Below, piece after piece: positions 9,128 to 17,655 of a stretch of 64,000 nucleotides of DNA. Position 1 is the first letter of the stretch, and each line of letters begins with the position of its first letter. Source of the DNA: Verrucomicrobiales bacterium (GTDB taxonomy: Bacteria; Verrucomicrobiota; Verrucomicrobiia; Limisphaerales; J093); the NCBI GenBank assembly GCA_024233305.1, contig JACKPV010000023.1:590789-654788 (forward strand), in the 5' to 3' direction. The notes under the pieces are model-generated. The model searched no databases and had not been told where the DNA came from. It saw nothing but the letters and a program-made list of their open reading frames with translations. The position numbers and the translations under genes are program-made.

Positions 9128-9895
9128 ATGAAAATCATTGGGTGCCAGTGGGACGTTGCCTGGGAGGACAAACCCGCGAACTTCGACCGGATCCGGGCGC
9201 TGCTCCGGCAAAGCCCCCCGCCTGCGGGCTCCCTGGTCGTGTTGCCGGAGATGTTCGCCACCGGGTTTACGATGGACCTGTCCGTTACCCGGGAGGCGCT
9301 CCATGCGCCGACCGAGGAGTTCCTGGAAAGCGTCGCCCGGGAATTCGAGTGCCTGGTGATGGGCGGGGTGGTTCGTGGCGGTCGCGGTGGGATCACCGAG
9401 AACCAGGCGGTCGTGAGCGATCCTCGCGGTCGCATCCTGGCGCGCTTCGCCAAGCTGCATGCCTTCAGTCCGGCGGGCGAGGAACGGCAGATCCAACCCG
9501 GTCGGGACATCACGCTGTTCGAATGGGGCGGATTCCTGGTCTGCCCGTTCATCTGCTACGACCTGCGCTTCCCCGAGGCCTTCCGCCAGGCGGCCGCCCG
9601 CGGGGCGACTCTCTTCGTGGTGCTGGCCAACTGGCCCGCCGTCCGCGTCGCCCATTGGATCACCCTGCTCCAGGCGCGGGCCATCGAGAACCAGGCGTAT
9701 GTCGTCGGTGTGAACCGCTGCGGCGCCGATCCTGCCGTCGATTACCCGGGGCGGAGCCTCATCATCGATCCCCGCGGGGAGATCCTGGCGGATGGCGGTC
9801 CCGAAGAGGCGGTTGTGGCCGCCGAACTGGACCCGAAGGTTGTCGAGGACTGGCGCGAGGCGTTCCCTGCCCTGCGCGACGCCCACCTGTTCTGA
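9128..9895 (+). CDS. Carbon-nitrogen hydrolase (nitrilase superfamily) protein
   Basis: The Glu-Lys-Cys triad context is present: VVLPEMFATGF, ARFAKLHAF and LVCPFICYDLRFPE. LLQARAIENQAYVVGVNRCG follows. Confidence 0.85.
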   Translation: MKIIGCQWDVAWEDKPANFDRIRALLRQSPPPAGSLVVLPEMFATGFTMDLSVTREALHAPTEEFLESVAREFECLVMGGVVRGGRGGITENQAVVSDPRGRILARFAKLHAFSPAGEERQIQPGRDITLFEWGGFLVCPFICYDLRFPEAFRQAAARGATLFVVLANWPAVRVAHWITLLQARAIENQAYVVGVNRCGADPAVDYPGRSLIIDPRGEILADGGPEEAVVAAELDPKVVEDWREAFPALRDAHLF

Positions 9896-9949
9896 GCGCG
9901 TTTCGCGCGATGGCGCGGCACGGACGATGCACCGGGCCGCGCCCGAGCT

Positions 9950-11416
9950 TCAATCGAGTTCCGGGAAAACGCCGCGCAGGTCGAGCGGATCCTCCATCTC
10001 CCGCTGCAGTGCCCGGAAGCGGGTCCAAAGGCGTTTCATGATCGCGGCGCTGCCGGGTTGTTCCGCCAGGTCCTTCATCTCCTGCGGGTCCTTTTCGAGA
10101 TCGAACAGCAGTGCTTTCGGGACCTTCGGATACAACAACAGCTTGTAACCGTCGCAGGTGATCGAACGCTGGAGATTGAGATACGCGCCGTAGACGGCAT
10201 CGTAGGCCGACGTGCCGGCTGCGCCGCGCAGCAAGGGCAGCAGGCTGTGGAACTGGATGTAATCCCGGCGGCCGCGGCCGGCCAGTTCGATTGCGGTCGG
10301 CATGACGTCCTGCAGGTAGACCGGCGCATCGATGCGGCGCCCGGCCGGGACGCCCGGCCCCACGGCGATGAGCGGCACCCGGACGCTGTGGTCGAAGAGA
10401 TTCTGTTTTCCGATCAGTCCGTGATGCCCGACCGCGAGCCCGTGATCGGCGGTGAAGAAGATCCAGGTGTTGTCCGCTTTCCCTGATTGCTCGAGCGCCT
10501 TGAGTATGCGCCCGATCTGCGCGTCCATGTGCGTGATGATCGCGTAGTATTCCTGCCGGTGGACCTTCACCGCGTATTCTGTCCGCGGGAACGGAGCGAG
10601 CCGTTCGTCGCGCAGCCCCGTGCCGCATCCGATGGCTTCCTTCCAGGGATACTCGGGCAGGAAATTCACCGGGACGGCGATACGTTCGAGGGGATACATC
10701 TCGACGTATTCACGGGGGGACTGCCGGGGATCGTGGGGGGCATTGAAAGCGATGTACATGAAGAAGGGCGCGGTGCGCTGCGCGGCGGTGGCCAGGTAAT
10801 CCGTGGCGTCATCGCCCACGACCTCGCTCCAATGGCGCCCGCCTTCCCAGTAGCCTCCAAACTGCGGATCCCACGGACGCCACGAATCCGGCTCCCCGGG
10901 CTTGGGCCGGTCGTAGCCTTGGGGCGTGTCCTTCGGCATGCCGGGGCGCTCGTGGCGGGCCACGTCGAAGACCTTCGCGACGTCGGTTTTCACGTGCCAT
11001 TTGCCGGTGAAGTAGGTGTCGTAGCCCGCCGACCTCATTTCGAGGCCCCACAGCCGGCCGGCTTCGCGCTCGGGTTCGAGGTTCTTGTCCAGGGCCTGCA
11101 CGGGCCACAGAAACCGCCCCGTGTTGAGCATGGTACGACTCGGGATGCATACCGCGCCACTCCACGCGCCCATGTTGTAGGCGTGACTGAAGGTCGTTCC
11201 CGCCGCCACCAACCGGTCGAGGTTCGGCGTGCGCACCTCGAGATTGCGCCGTGCCCGGATCGTGTCGAAGCACTGGTCATCCGCAAAGAGGAACAGGATG
11301 TTCGGCTTGGCCGGCTGGGCTTCGAGGGCGGCGCCCCCGGTCAGCAGGAGCATTCCTGCGAGACGGCCCATTTGCCGCCACCAAGAAGGGGGAAGCAGGA
11401 AGGAGGGTTTTTTCAT
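9950..11416 (-). CDS. Formylglycine-dependent sulfatase (arylsulfatase A family)
   Basis: The internal Met at 11416 gives MKKPSFLL plus a signal peptide, then NILFLFADDQ and the sulfatase signature CIPSRTMLNTGR (C-x-P-x-R). Confidence 0.9.
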   Translation of the reverse strand: MKKPSFLLPPSWWRQMGRLAGMLLLTGGAALEAQPAKPNILFLFADDQCFDTIRARRNLEVRTPNLDRLVAAGTTFSHAYNMGAWSGAVCIPSRTMLNTGRFLWPVQALDKNLEPEREAGRLWGLEMRSAGYDTYFTGKWHVKTDVAKVFDVARHERPGMPKDTPQGYDRPKPGEPDSWRPWDPQFGGYWEGGRHWSEVVGDDATDYLATAAQRTAPFFMYIAFNAPHDPRQSPREYVEMYPLERIAVPVNFLPEYPWKEAIGCGTGLRDERLAPFPRTEYAVKVHRQEYYAIITHMDAQIGRILKALEQSGKADNTWIFFTADHGLAVGHHGLIGKQNLFDHSVRVPLIAVGPGVPAGRRIDAPVYLQDVMPTAIELAGRGRRDYIQFHSLLPLLRGAAGTSAYDAVYGAYLNLQRSITCDGYKLLLYPKVPKALLFDLEKDPQEMKDLAEQPGSAAIMKRLWTRFRALQREMEDPLDLRGVFPELD

Positions 11417-11442
11417 GCGAAAACAAGGTTGGCTGCCGGCGT

Positions 11443-13188
11443 TTACTCGGGGTCGGACAGGCGGCGGATCGAAACGAAGAACGCCCCACGGGAGCGCCCC
11501 TCCGCCGCATTCGTGAACCAGGTCTGCAACCGGCCCGGGCCGGCCCGCAGGTTCAATGTCAACGTGACGCTCGTCGCGCCCTCGGGAATGGCGGTTTCCG
11601 CCTCGACCTCGTCGACCTGGACCCGTGCCCGGTCGGCCTGGATCGGGAAGGCGGCCTCGCGCGGTTGCTGGCGCAGGGTGAACTCGTACCGTCCCGGACG
11701 CGTCACCAGCACGACCCAGTAACCGTTCGCCCACGGCGCGGCCCGGATCATCCCCTGATGCCACGGCACCTGGTCGCTGTGCCAGTCGTGGCAGGTGAGA
11801 TCGACCGGATCCGCGGCTTCCGCCCCGAGCGCGAGGTGCCCGTAATCATCGAACGAGGGTTCAAGGGTCGCCCACCAAGCTTCGTAGGCTTCACGCAAGC
11901 GGGTCACGACCTCCGGATGCTCCGCCGCGACGTCCCGTTGTTGCCCGGGGTCGTCCGGCAGATCGTAAAGCTCCTTCCCGTCGATCAGCCGCCAACGGTC
12001 CGTCATGGCCGCGCTTCGCACCCACTTGGGCGGAATCTCCTGCCGCTGGACGTGCGCGAACAAGGTGCGCTCCGGCCAGTCCGCCGGGTTTCCCCGCAGG
12101 AGAGGCGCCAGGCTCACGCCGTCCAGGGCAACGCGCGCGGGAATCTCGAGCCCGCAAAGTTCGGCCAGCGTCGGCAGCACGTCGAAATGCGCCGCCAACC
12201 GGTGCTCGTCGCGTCCCCCCCCGATGCCTCCCGCCGGCCAGCGCACGAAGAACGGCACGCGGTGTCCGCCGTCGTACTGGGATCCCTTCTGCCCGCGCAT
12301 GCCGGCGTTGAAGCCGCTCCACGACCCGGTCTCATTGCGGCGTGGCGCGGCGCCCTCCGCCGTGCCGTTGTCGGTCATGAAGATCAGGATCGTGTTCTGT
12401 TCGAGTTCGAGTTGGCGGAGCCAGGCGCGCAGTCGGCCCACGTTCTCGTCGAGGTTTTCGATCATGCCGTAGAAGTTCGCCATCGTCGGCGCCACCCCGG
12501 CCTCGCGATATCGCCGGCTGTATTCGTCCGCCACGTTGTAGGGACCGTGGGCCACGTTGGTCGGCAGGTAGACGAAGAACGGGCGGTCCCGGTTGGTCTC
12601 GATGAAGGCCTGCGCCGCCTCGAAGAAAACGTCGGTACAATAGCCTTGCTGCCGTTCCGTCCGGCCATTGTGGAAATAGGTGTCGTCGAAGTAGTCGTTC
12701 CCCCAGAAGTCCGGCGTCTGCGTGATCCCGCCTCCTCCGAGCACGAGGGTCTCGTCAAACCCCCGGTCCTGCGGGCGCATCGGGTAGTTGTCTCCCAGGT
12801 GCCATTTGCCAAAAACCGCCGTGCGATAACCCGCCCGCCGGAACACATCCCCCATCGTGACCTCTCCGGAGAACAACAACGACCGGCCCATGATCGTGTG
12901 CCAGCAACCGGTCCGGGTCGAGTAACGCCCGGTCATCAGCGCCGAACGCGTCGGGGAACACGTCGGATCGACGTGGAAATTCGTGAGCCGGACGCTCTCG
13001 CCGTGAAGGGTGTCCAGGTGGGGCGTCCGGATCACCCCGTTGCCGTGGCAACGCAGGTCGCCGTAGCCCTGGTCGTCGCTCATGATCAGGACGACATTCG
13101 GACGGTCGGCCGCCAATGCCTCCGGCACGGACGGGAGCACGACGAGGGCGGCGCTCAGGAGGTTGTTAAGGAGTTTGATCCGTTTCAT
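11443..13188 (-). CDS. Formylglycine-dependent sulfatase
   Basis: The internal Met at 13188 gives MKRIKLLNNLLSAALVVLPSVPEALA, then NVVLIMSDDQGYGD and CSPTRSALMTGR (C-x-P-x-R). Confidence 0.9.
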   Translation of the reverse strand: MKRIKLLNNLLSAALVVLPSVPEALAADRPNVVLIMSDDQGYGDLRCHGNGVIRTPHLDTLHGESVRLTNFHVDPTCSPTRSALMTGRYSTRTGCWHTIMGRSLLFSGEVTMGDVFRRAGYRTAVFGKWHLGDNYPMRPQDRGFDETLVLGGGGITQTPDFWGNDYFDDTYFHNGRTERQQGYCTDVFFEAAQAFIETNRDRPFFVYLPTNVAHGPYNVADEYSRRYREAGVAPTMANFYGMIENLDENVGRLRAWLRQLELEQNTILIFMTDNGTAEGAAPRRNETGSWSGFNAGMRGQKGSQYDGGHRVPFFVRWPAGGIGGGRDEHRLAAHFDVLPTLAELCGLEIPARVALDGVSLAPLLRGNPADWPERTLFAHVQRQEIPPKWVRSAAMTDRWRLIDGKELYDLPDDPGQQRDVAAEHPEVVTRLREAYEAWWATLEPSFDDYGHLALGAEAADPVDLTCHDWHSDQVPWHQGMIRAAPWANGYWVVLVTRPGRYEFTLRQQPREAAFPIQADRARVQVDEVEAETAIPEGATSVTLTLNLRAGPGRLQTWFTNAAEGRSRGAFFVSIRRLSDPE

Positions 13189-13394
13189 GGTGCGGGCTTG
13201 TGTCAGGCTGCGGCGCGAGTCTACCCCGGCCCGGCGGCCGGGGGAACCTCGAAGTGTCCCGAATCCCCCGACGTCGGGTTTGGGAGTCCCGAACGGCTTT
13301 GCCGGCAGCGGGCGGGTCGCGCGACATCGGAGACAGGGATCCGGGGCGAAGTTCCGCTTACGTCCGGCCTGAGTCCGCGGTAAAGATAGCGGGC

Positions 13395-15527
13395 GTGAAA
13401 GCCATCCTCCGCCGGTTACGATCCGGTTCTGCGGGGCCCGTTCCTGGCATCCCGTTAGCGTTCCTCCTTTCAAGCTGTCTGCTGGCGGTGGTTGCCGGCG
13501 AGCGCACCCAGCGTTTTGCCGCCACGTCACCGGGAGAGGCTGCCCAATGGCGGGAGGCGACGCGGGAGGCCCTGTTCCGCCTGATGATGGGCGGTCGCCG
13601 GCCGGCCGCTGTGCCGCTGGATCCGGTGTTGCTGCGGCATGAGCCGGCGGGGGCCGACGGCATCCGGCTCGAAGAACTCTCGATCCAGACCCTGCCGGAC
13701 CGGCGCGTGCATCTCTGGCTGGCACTGCCGTCGGAGGCCCGCGGGCGGGTGGGAGCGGTGCTGGCGCTCCACGGCCACGGCGGGACCGGGGAACAGGTGG
13801 TGCGCGGACAGGGCTTGTATTGGTACGGTCGCGCGCTGGCCCGCCTGGGCTACGTGGTGATCGCGCCGGACATCGGACAGCACATTTTGCAGCACGCGGA
13901 CTGGAGCCTGATGGGCGAACGAACCTGGGACGCCCTCCGCTGTCTGGATTATCTCGAAACCCGGCCGGAGGTGGACGCCGACCGCCTGGCGGTGGCGGGG
14001 CTTTCGTTGGGCGGGGAAACCACGATGTATGTCGCCGCGCTGGATGAACGCATCAAGGCCGCTTGCAGCAGCGGTTGGCTGACGACCGTGGCGAACATGA
14101 AGAACGGTCACTGCCCTTGCTGGGACTTCCCCGGCCTGGAAGCGCACTTTGATTTCGCCGACATCTTCGCGTGCGTGGCGCCGCGGCCGTTGGTGATGGA
14201 GATCGGCGAATTGGAACGGGCGCCCGGCGGGTTTCCGGTCGGGATCGCCCGCGGGGCATTTGCCGAAATTCGGCGGGCCTATGCGGTGAGCGGGGTCGGC
14301 AGCAACGCGGAACTGGTCGTCCATCCGTCCGGGCATGTCTTCAACGGGGTCCGGTTCTGGGAGATCCTGGGCGATGGGTTGGGCCGGCCGGAGCGGAGGG
14401 AGGAGGGTGATCCGAAATCCGAGAGTGCCGAAGTCCGGTTTCTCGCGGATGCCGCCCGGCGTCTGCTGGAAGGGTGCCAGGTTCCCGGTGTGGGTGGGCA
14501 TCCGTTCTACACCCCCGACGGCAAGGGCAATTACCGCGCGCTATGGACGCGGGATTTCACCTACATGGTCGAGAACGCCGGCGACCTCATCCCTGAGGCG
14601 GACGTCGAAGCCTGCATTCAGGCCCTCGTGGCCGGCATCCGGGAGGATGGCGCCGCGCCGGATCGCGTGCGTCCGGAAGGCGTGGCGGTTTACACGGCCG
14701 GGGGCGAAGGGCATCCTATTGGCGAACCGAACATCGACAACGCGCAGTTCCTCGCCATCGCCGTGGACACACACTTGCGACGCGTCGACCCGTTCGGCCG
14801 CCTGGCGCTCTTCCGGGCTTGGTCCGGACCGCTGGATCGCGCGATGGACTACATCCCGCGCGGTGGGAGCGGGCTGGTCTACAATGATCCGGCGAAGCCC
14901 CATTCACCATACGGGTTCACGGATACCATCGGGAAGACGGGCGAACTGCTGTTCGAGTCGTTGCTGTATTGGACAGCCTGCCAACGACTGGCGGATTGGC
15001 ATGAAGCCTTGGGCGGGCCGCGGGCGGGCGAGTATCGTCGGCGGGCGGCCCTGATCGAATCGAACCTGGCAACGCTCTGGGACGACGACGCGGGGGCGTT
15101 CGTGGCGGCGACGGAGGATTGCCGGCAACTCGACATCTGGGGCAACGCCTTCGCGGTCTGGCTGGACTTCCCGCTGGGCGACCGGCGCGAGCGGGTGATC
15201 GACTTCCTCGTCTCGCAGCGGGAACGATTCCTCTGGCGCGGCCAGGTGCGGCATTTGCTGGCGGGCGAACACTGGGAACGGTTGCTGGTGCCCATCGCGC
15301 CGGAGCGCTATCAAAACGGGGCCTACTGGGCGACCGCCTCCGGCTGGATGATGTGGGCCCTCGCGCAACGGGACGAGCACCTCGCGCGCGACCTTTGGGA
15401 CGAGTTGATTCAGGACTTCCGCGAACGCGGGATCTTCGAGTGCATCAACGAAGGCTACACGCAGCTCGACAGCTATGTGGTGAGCGCGACCAATCCCCTG
15501 GCGGCCGCGCGACGCCTCGGGTTTTGA
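13395..15527 (+). CDS. Two-domain hydrolase: alpha/beta-hydrolase (esterase-like) N-terminus fused to an (alpha/alpha)6-barrel glycoside-hydrolase-like C-terminus
   Basis: The N-terminal half has LALHGHGGTGE and the nucleophile elbow AGLSLGG. The C-terminal half has ALWTRDFTYMVEN, NIDNAQFLAI and YQNGAYWATASGWMMWAL. The GTG start at 13395 is a guess (signal-like LAFLLSSCLLAVVAG). The stop TGA at 15525..15527 lies inside the MITE target duplication. Confidence 0.7.
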   Translation: MKAILRRLRSGSAGPVPGIPLAFLLSSCLLAVVAGERTQRFAATSPGEAAQWREATREALFRLMMGGRRPAAVPLDPVLLRHEPAGADGIRLEELSIQTLPDRRVHLWLALPSEARGRVGAVLALHGHGGTGEQVVRGQGLYWYGRALARLGYVVIAPDIGQHILQHADWSLMGERTWDALRCLDYLETRPEVDADRLAVAGLSLGGETTMYVAALDERIKAACSSGWLTTVANMKNGHCPCWDFPGLEAHFDFADIFACVAPRPLVMEIGELERAPGGFPVGIARGAFAEIRRAYAVSGVGSNAELVVHPSGHVFNGVRFWEILGDGLGRPERREEGDPKSESAEVRFLADAARRLLEGCQVPGVGGHPFYTPDGKGNYRALWTRDFTYMVENAGDLIPEADVEACIQALVAGIREDGAAPDRVRPEGVAVYTAGGEGHPIGEPNIDNAQFLAIAVDTHLRRVDPFGRLALFRAWSGPLDRAMDYIPRGGSGLVYNDPAKPHSPYGFTDTIGKTGELLFESLLYWTACQRLADWHEALGGPRAGEYRRRAALIESNLATLWDDDAGAFVAATEDCRQLDIWGNAFAVWLDFPLGDRRERVIDFLVSQRERFLWRGQVRHLLAGEHWERLLVPIAPERYQNGAYWATASGWMMWALAQRDEHLARDLWDELIQDFRERGIFECINEGYTQLDSYVVSATNPLAAARRLGF

Positions 15528-15615
15528 GGTGCGCATCTCAGCTCTTTCGGAGCGCGGAATTCATTCCGCAGCAAGGTTGACTCCCGGCGGGGTCTGCGGA
15601 GTGAATTCCGCGCTC

Positions 15616-17571
15616 GTGCGCCTGTGAGGGCGTCCATATTGCGAGGTGAAAGTCCTCGTCAGGCGGTTCATTCACCCGCCTGTGACCGAAGGCTACTGCG
15701 TCGTGGCAACACGGGGTGGAGAGCTGCCGGAGGTGAACCATCGGTCCGTAACGAAGCGAAGTGAGACAACGAAGCCATGTGAACCCGATTCGGCCACGCC
15801 GAGCGGCGAGCCTGCGAGCGCTGTGCGAAGCCCAGGCCATGACCCAAGTGGGAGGACTTCCCTCGGTCGGCACCAGGCGACCGGGTCTTCTGGCTGGCGG
15901 TCCCGGCAGAGGAAGAGTGGATGGAGACAAATGCCCGGACTGGCGCGGTGGGGTGGTTGGGGACGGAACGATGGGAAGCATGGGCGAAGGAAGCAGGGAG
16001 ACCCGTCGGGGAACAGAACGGTGTTCATGGCCGCAAGGTCCGAAGAGCCGCCCGGCGGGAGTCAGAGCGTCCATAGTAGCGAGGAAGCGGGGTAACGCCC
16101 GGGGAGCGAAGGGGCGCAGGGAAGTGGAGACGGAACGACCATGACGAACGACGAACGCCAAGAACGACCGGCGATAGTGTCTGGGGCAACCCAGGCTAAA
16201 CAAGCCGGAGAGGTCCGCGCCCCTGGGTGGTGGATCCAACGTTCGGTATGGACGGACCGGATGCTAACGCGGCTCGCCCAAAGCGGGTCGACAACGGTAT
16301 GGTTCGGACTCTGGGACAAAGTCTGCGCGCTGCGGAACCTGCAGGCCGCTTTCCACGCGGTATGGCGGAACCGGGGTGCTCCCGGAGTGGATGGACAAAC
16401 GGTGCAACAGTTCGACCAACAGGGGACGAGCGAATTGGCCCGCCTGGGGGAAGAATTGCGCACCGGGAGCTACCGCCGCCAACCGGCGCGGCGCGTCTGG
16501 ATCGGGAAAATGGGCACGACCGAGAAGCGACCGCTGGGCATCCCGGCGGTGCGGGACCGGACCGTGGAAGCGGCCTTGCGCAATGTTCTGGAGCCGATCT
16601 TGGAGCGGGACTTTGCCGAGTGCAGCTATGGGTTTCGACCGGGACGTGGCTGTCGGGAAGCGGTGGGAAGGGTGGAAGAGTGGATGAGCCAAGGCTACGT
16701 CTGGTGCGTGGACGCGGACCTCAAGAGCTACTTTGACACCATTCCGCATGAGGGACTGATGGCGTTGGTCAAACAGCGAGTGGTGGATGGCAGGGTCCTG
16801 GCGCTGGTGGAACAATGCCTGAAGGCCGGCGTGCTGGAAACGCTCAAGGGCTGGCAGCCGACCGAACGCGGGACCCCGCAGGGGGCCGTGATCAGTCCGC
16901 TCCTGGCGAACCTGTATCTCAACCCGTTGGACCAGGAGATGGAACGGCGGGGCTGGGCGATGGTGCGCTATGCGGATGATTTGGTGGTGCTGTGCCGGAG
17001 CCGGGAAGCGGCCGAGACGGTGCTGGACTATCTGCGGGAGTGGACCACGGGAGCGGGGCTGACCCTGCACCCGACCAAGACCCGGATAGTGAACGCCACC
17101 GACGAGGGATTCGATTTCCTGGGCTGGCACTTCCGCGGGGGGAAGAAATGGCCGCGGAAGAAGAGCCGCAAGAAGCTGCCGGAGCGGTTGCGACCGCTGA
17201 CGCGACGGACCCACGGGCGAAGCCTGGGGGAAATCATCGCGAAAGTGAACCCGATCCTGCGGGGTTGGCTCGGCTACTTCCGGGACAGTTACCCGACGGG
17301 CCTGAGTGGCCCGGATGGGTGGCTGCGCCGCCGCTTGCGGGCGCTGCTGCGCAAGCGGGAGAAGCGGCCCGGACACGGGCTGAGTGAAGCCGACAGCCGA
17401 CGCTGGCCGAACCGCTGGTTTGCGGCGCAGGGCTTGTTTAGTCTGGAACATGGCTCGCGCGCTTACAGTTAGTCTCGCCGAGACCCCACTGACCGGAGAG
17501 CCGTATGCGGGAAATCCGCCCGTACGGTTCGGAGGGAGGGGTGGCGCTAATCCCGTCATCCCTACCCCTAT
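15616..17571 (+). mobile_element. Group II intron, copy 1 (1956 nt, IIC-like)
   Basis: The 5' end is GTGCGCC and the 3' end is CCCCTAT. Domain V is GAGCCGTATGCGGGAAATCCGCCCGTACGGTTC at 17498..17530 (AGC triad, GAAA loop, bulge), followed by a domain VI-like helix. The ORF sits in domain IV. Confidence 0.9.
16141..17472 (+). CDS. Group II intron reverse transcriptase/maturase (no endonuclease domain)
   Basis: RT motifs present: RRVWIGKMGTTEKRPLGIP, GFRPGRGCREA, DADLKSYFDTIPH, GTPQGAVISPLLANLYL and VRYADDLVVLC (YADD). The maturase X motif is ILRGWLGYFR. The protein is 443 aa and ends shortly after the X domain. Confidence 0.92.
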   Translation: MTNDERQERPAIVSGATQAKQAGEVRAPGWWIQRSVWTDRMLTRLAQSGSTTVWFGLWDKVCALRNLQAAFHAVWRNRGAPGVDGQTVQQFDQQGTSELARLGEELRTGSYRRQPARRVWIGKMGTTEKRPLGIPAVRDRTVEAALRNVLEPILERDFAECSYGFRPGRGCREAVGRVEEWMSQGYVWCVDADLKSYFDTIPHEGLMALVKQRVVDGRVLALVEQCLKAGVLETLKGWQPTERGTPQGAVISPLLANLYLNPLDQEMERRGWAMVRYADDLVVLCRSREAAETVLDYLREWTTGAGLTLHPTKTRIVNATDEGFDFLGWHFRGGKKWPRKKSRKKLPERLRPLTRRTHGRSLGEIIAKVNPILRGWLGYFRDSYPTGLSGPDGWLRRRLRALLRKREKRPGHGLSEADSRRWPNRWFAAQGLFSLEHGSRAYS

Positions 17572-17655
17572 CAACTCTTCGGGCCGCACGGAGTCGGAAA
17601 ACACTGAGATGCGCACGGTTTTGAGGTCGGTCGAACTGCGGGCTTGCTTCCTGTG

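Larger units (their letters stand above)
15529..17616. mobile_element. 132-bp MITE (15529..15615 + 17572..17616) carrying group II intron copy 1
   Basis: The termini are GTGCGCATCTCAG (15529..15541) and CTGAGATGCGCAC (17604..17616). They are flanked by the 9-bp direct repeat GGTTTTGAG (15520..15528 and 17617..17625). An internal 66-nt hairpin lies at 15550..15615 (22-bp stem, 22-nt loop). Confidence 0.85.

Noticed and set aside
15529-15541. Similarity between the IS/MITE terminus GTGCGCATCTCAG and the intron 5' end GTGCGCCTGTGAG
   Set aside because: The shared GTGCG is just the group II consensus pentamer, and only 4 of the remaining 8 positions match. There is no evidence of functional mimicry.
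15550-15615. MITE hairpins as Rho-independent terminators
   Set aside because: The stems are strong, but neither orientation is followed by a T-run (the following sequences are CGAAAAAG, CAACTCTT and CGACTCTT). They are better described as structured repeats.
16264-17616. Long ORFs antisense to the intron RT genes (16264..17616 -, 18823..21414 +, 25055..26443 -, 43664..45262 -)
   Set aside because: They mirror the RT ORF in every copy, are Pro/Arg/Gln-rich and have no motifs. The 18823..21414 ORF also runs antisense through the hydrolase gene. These are GC-rich frame shadows.
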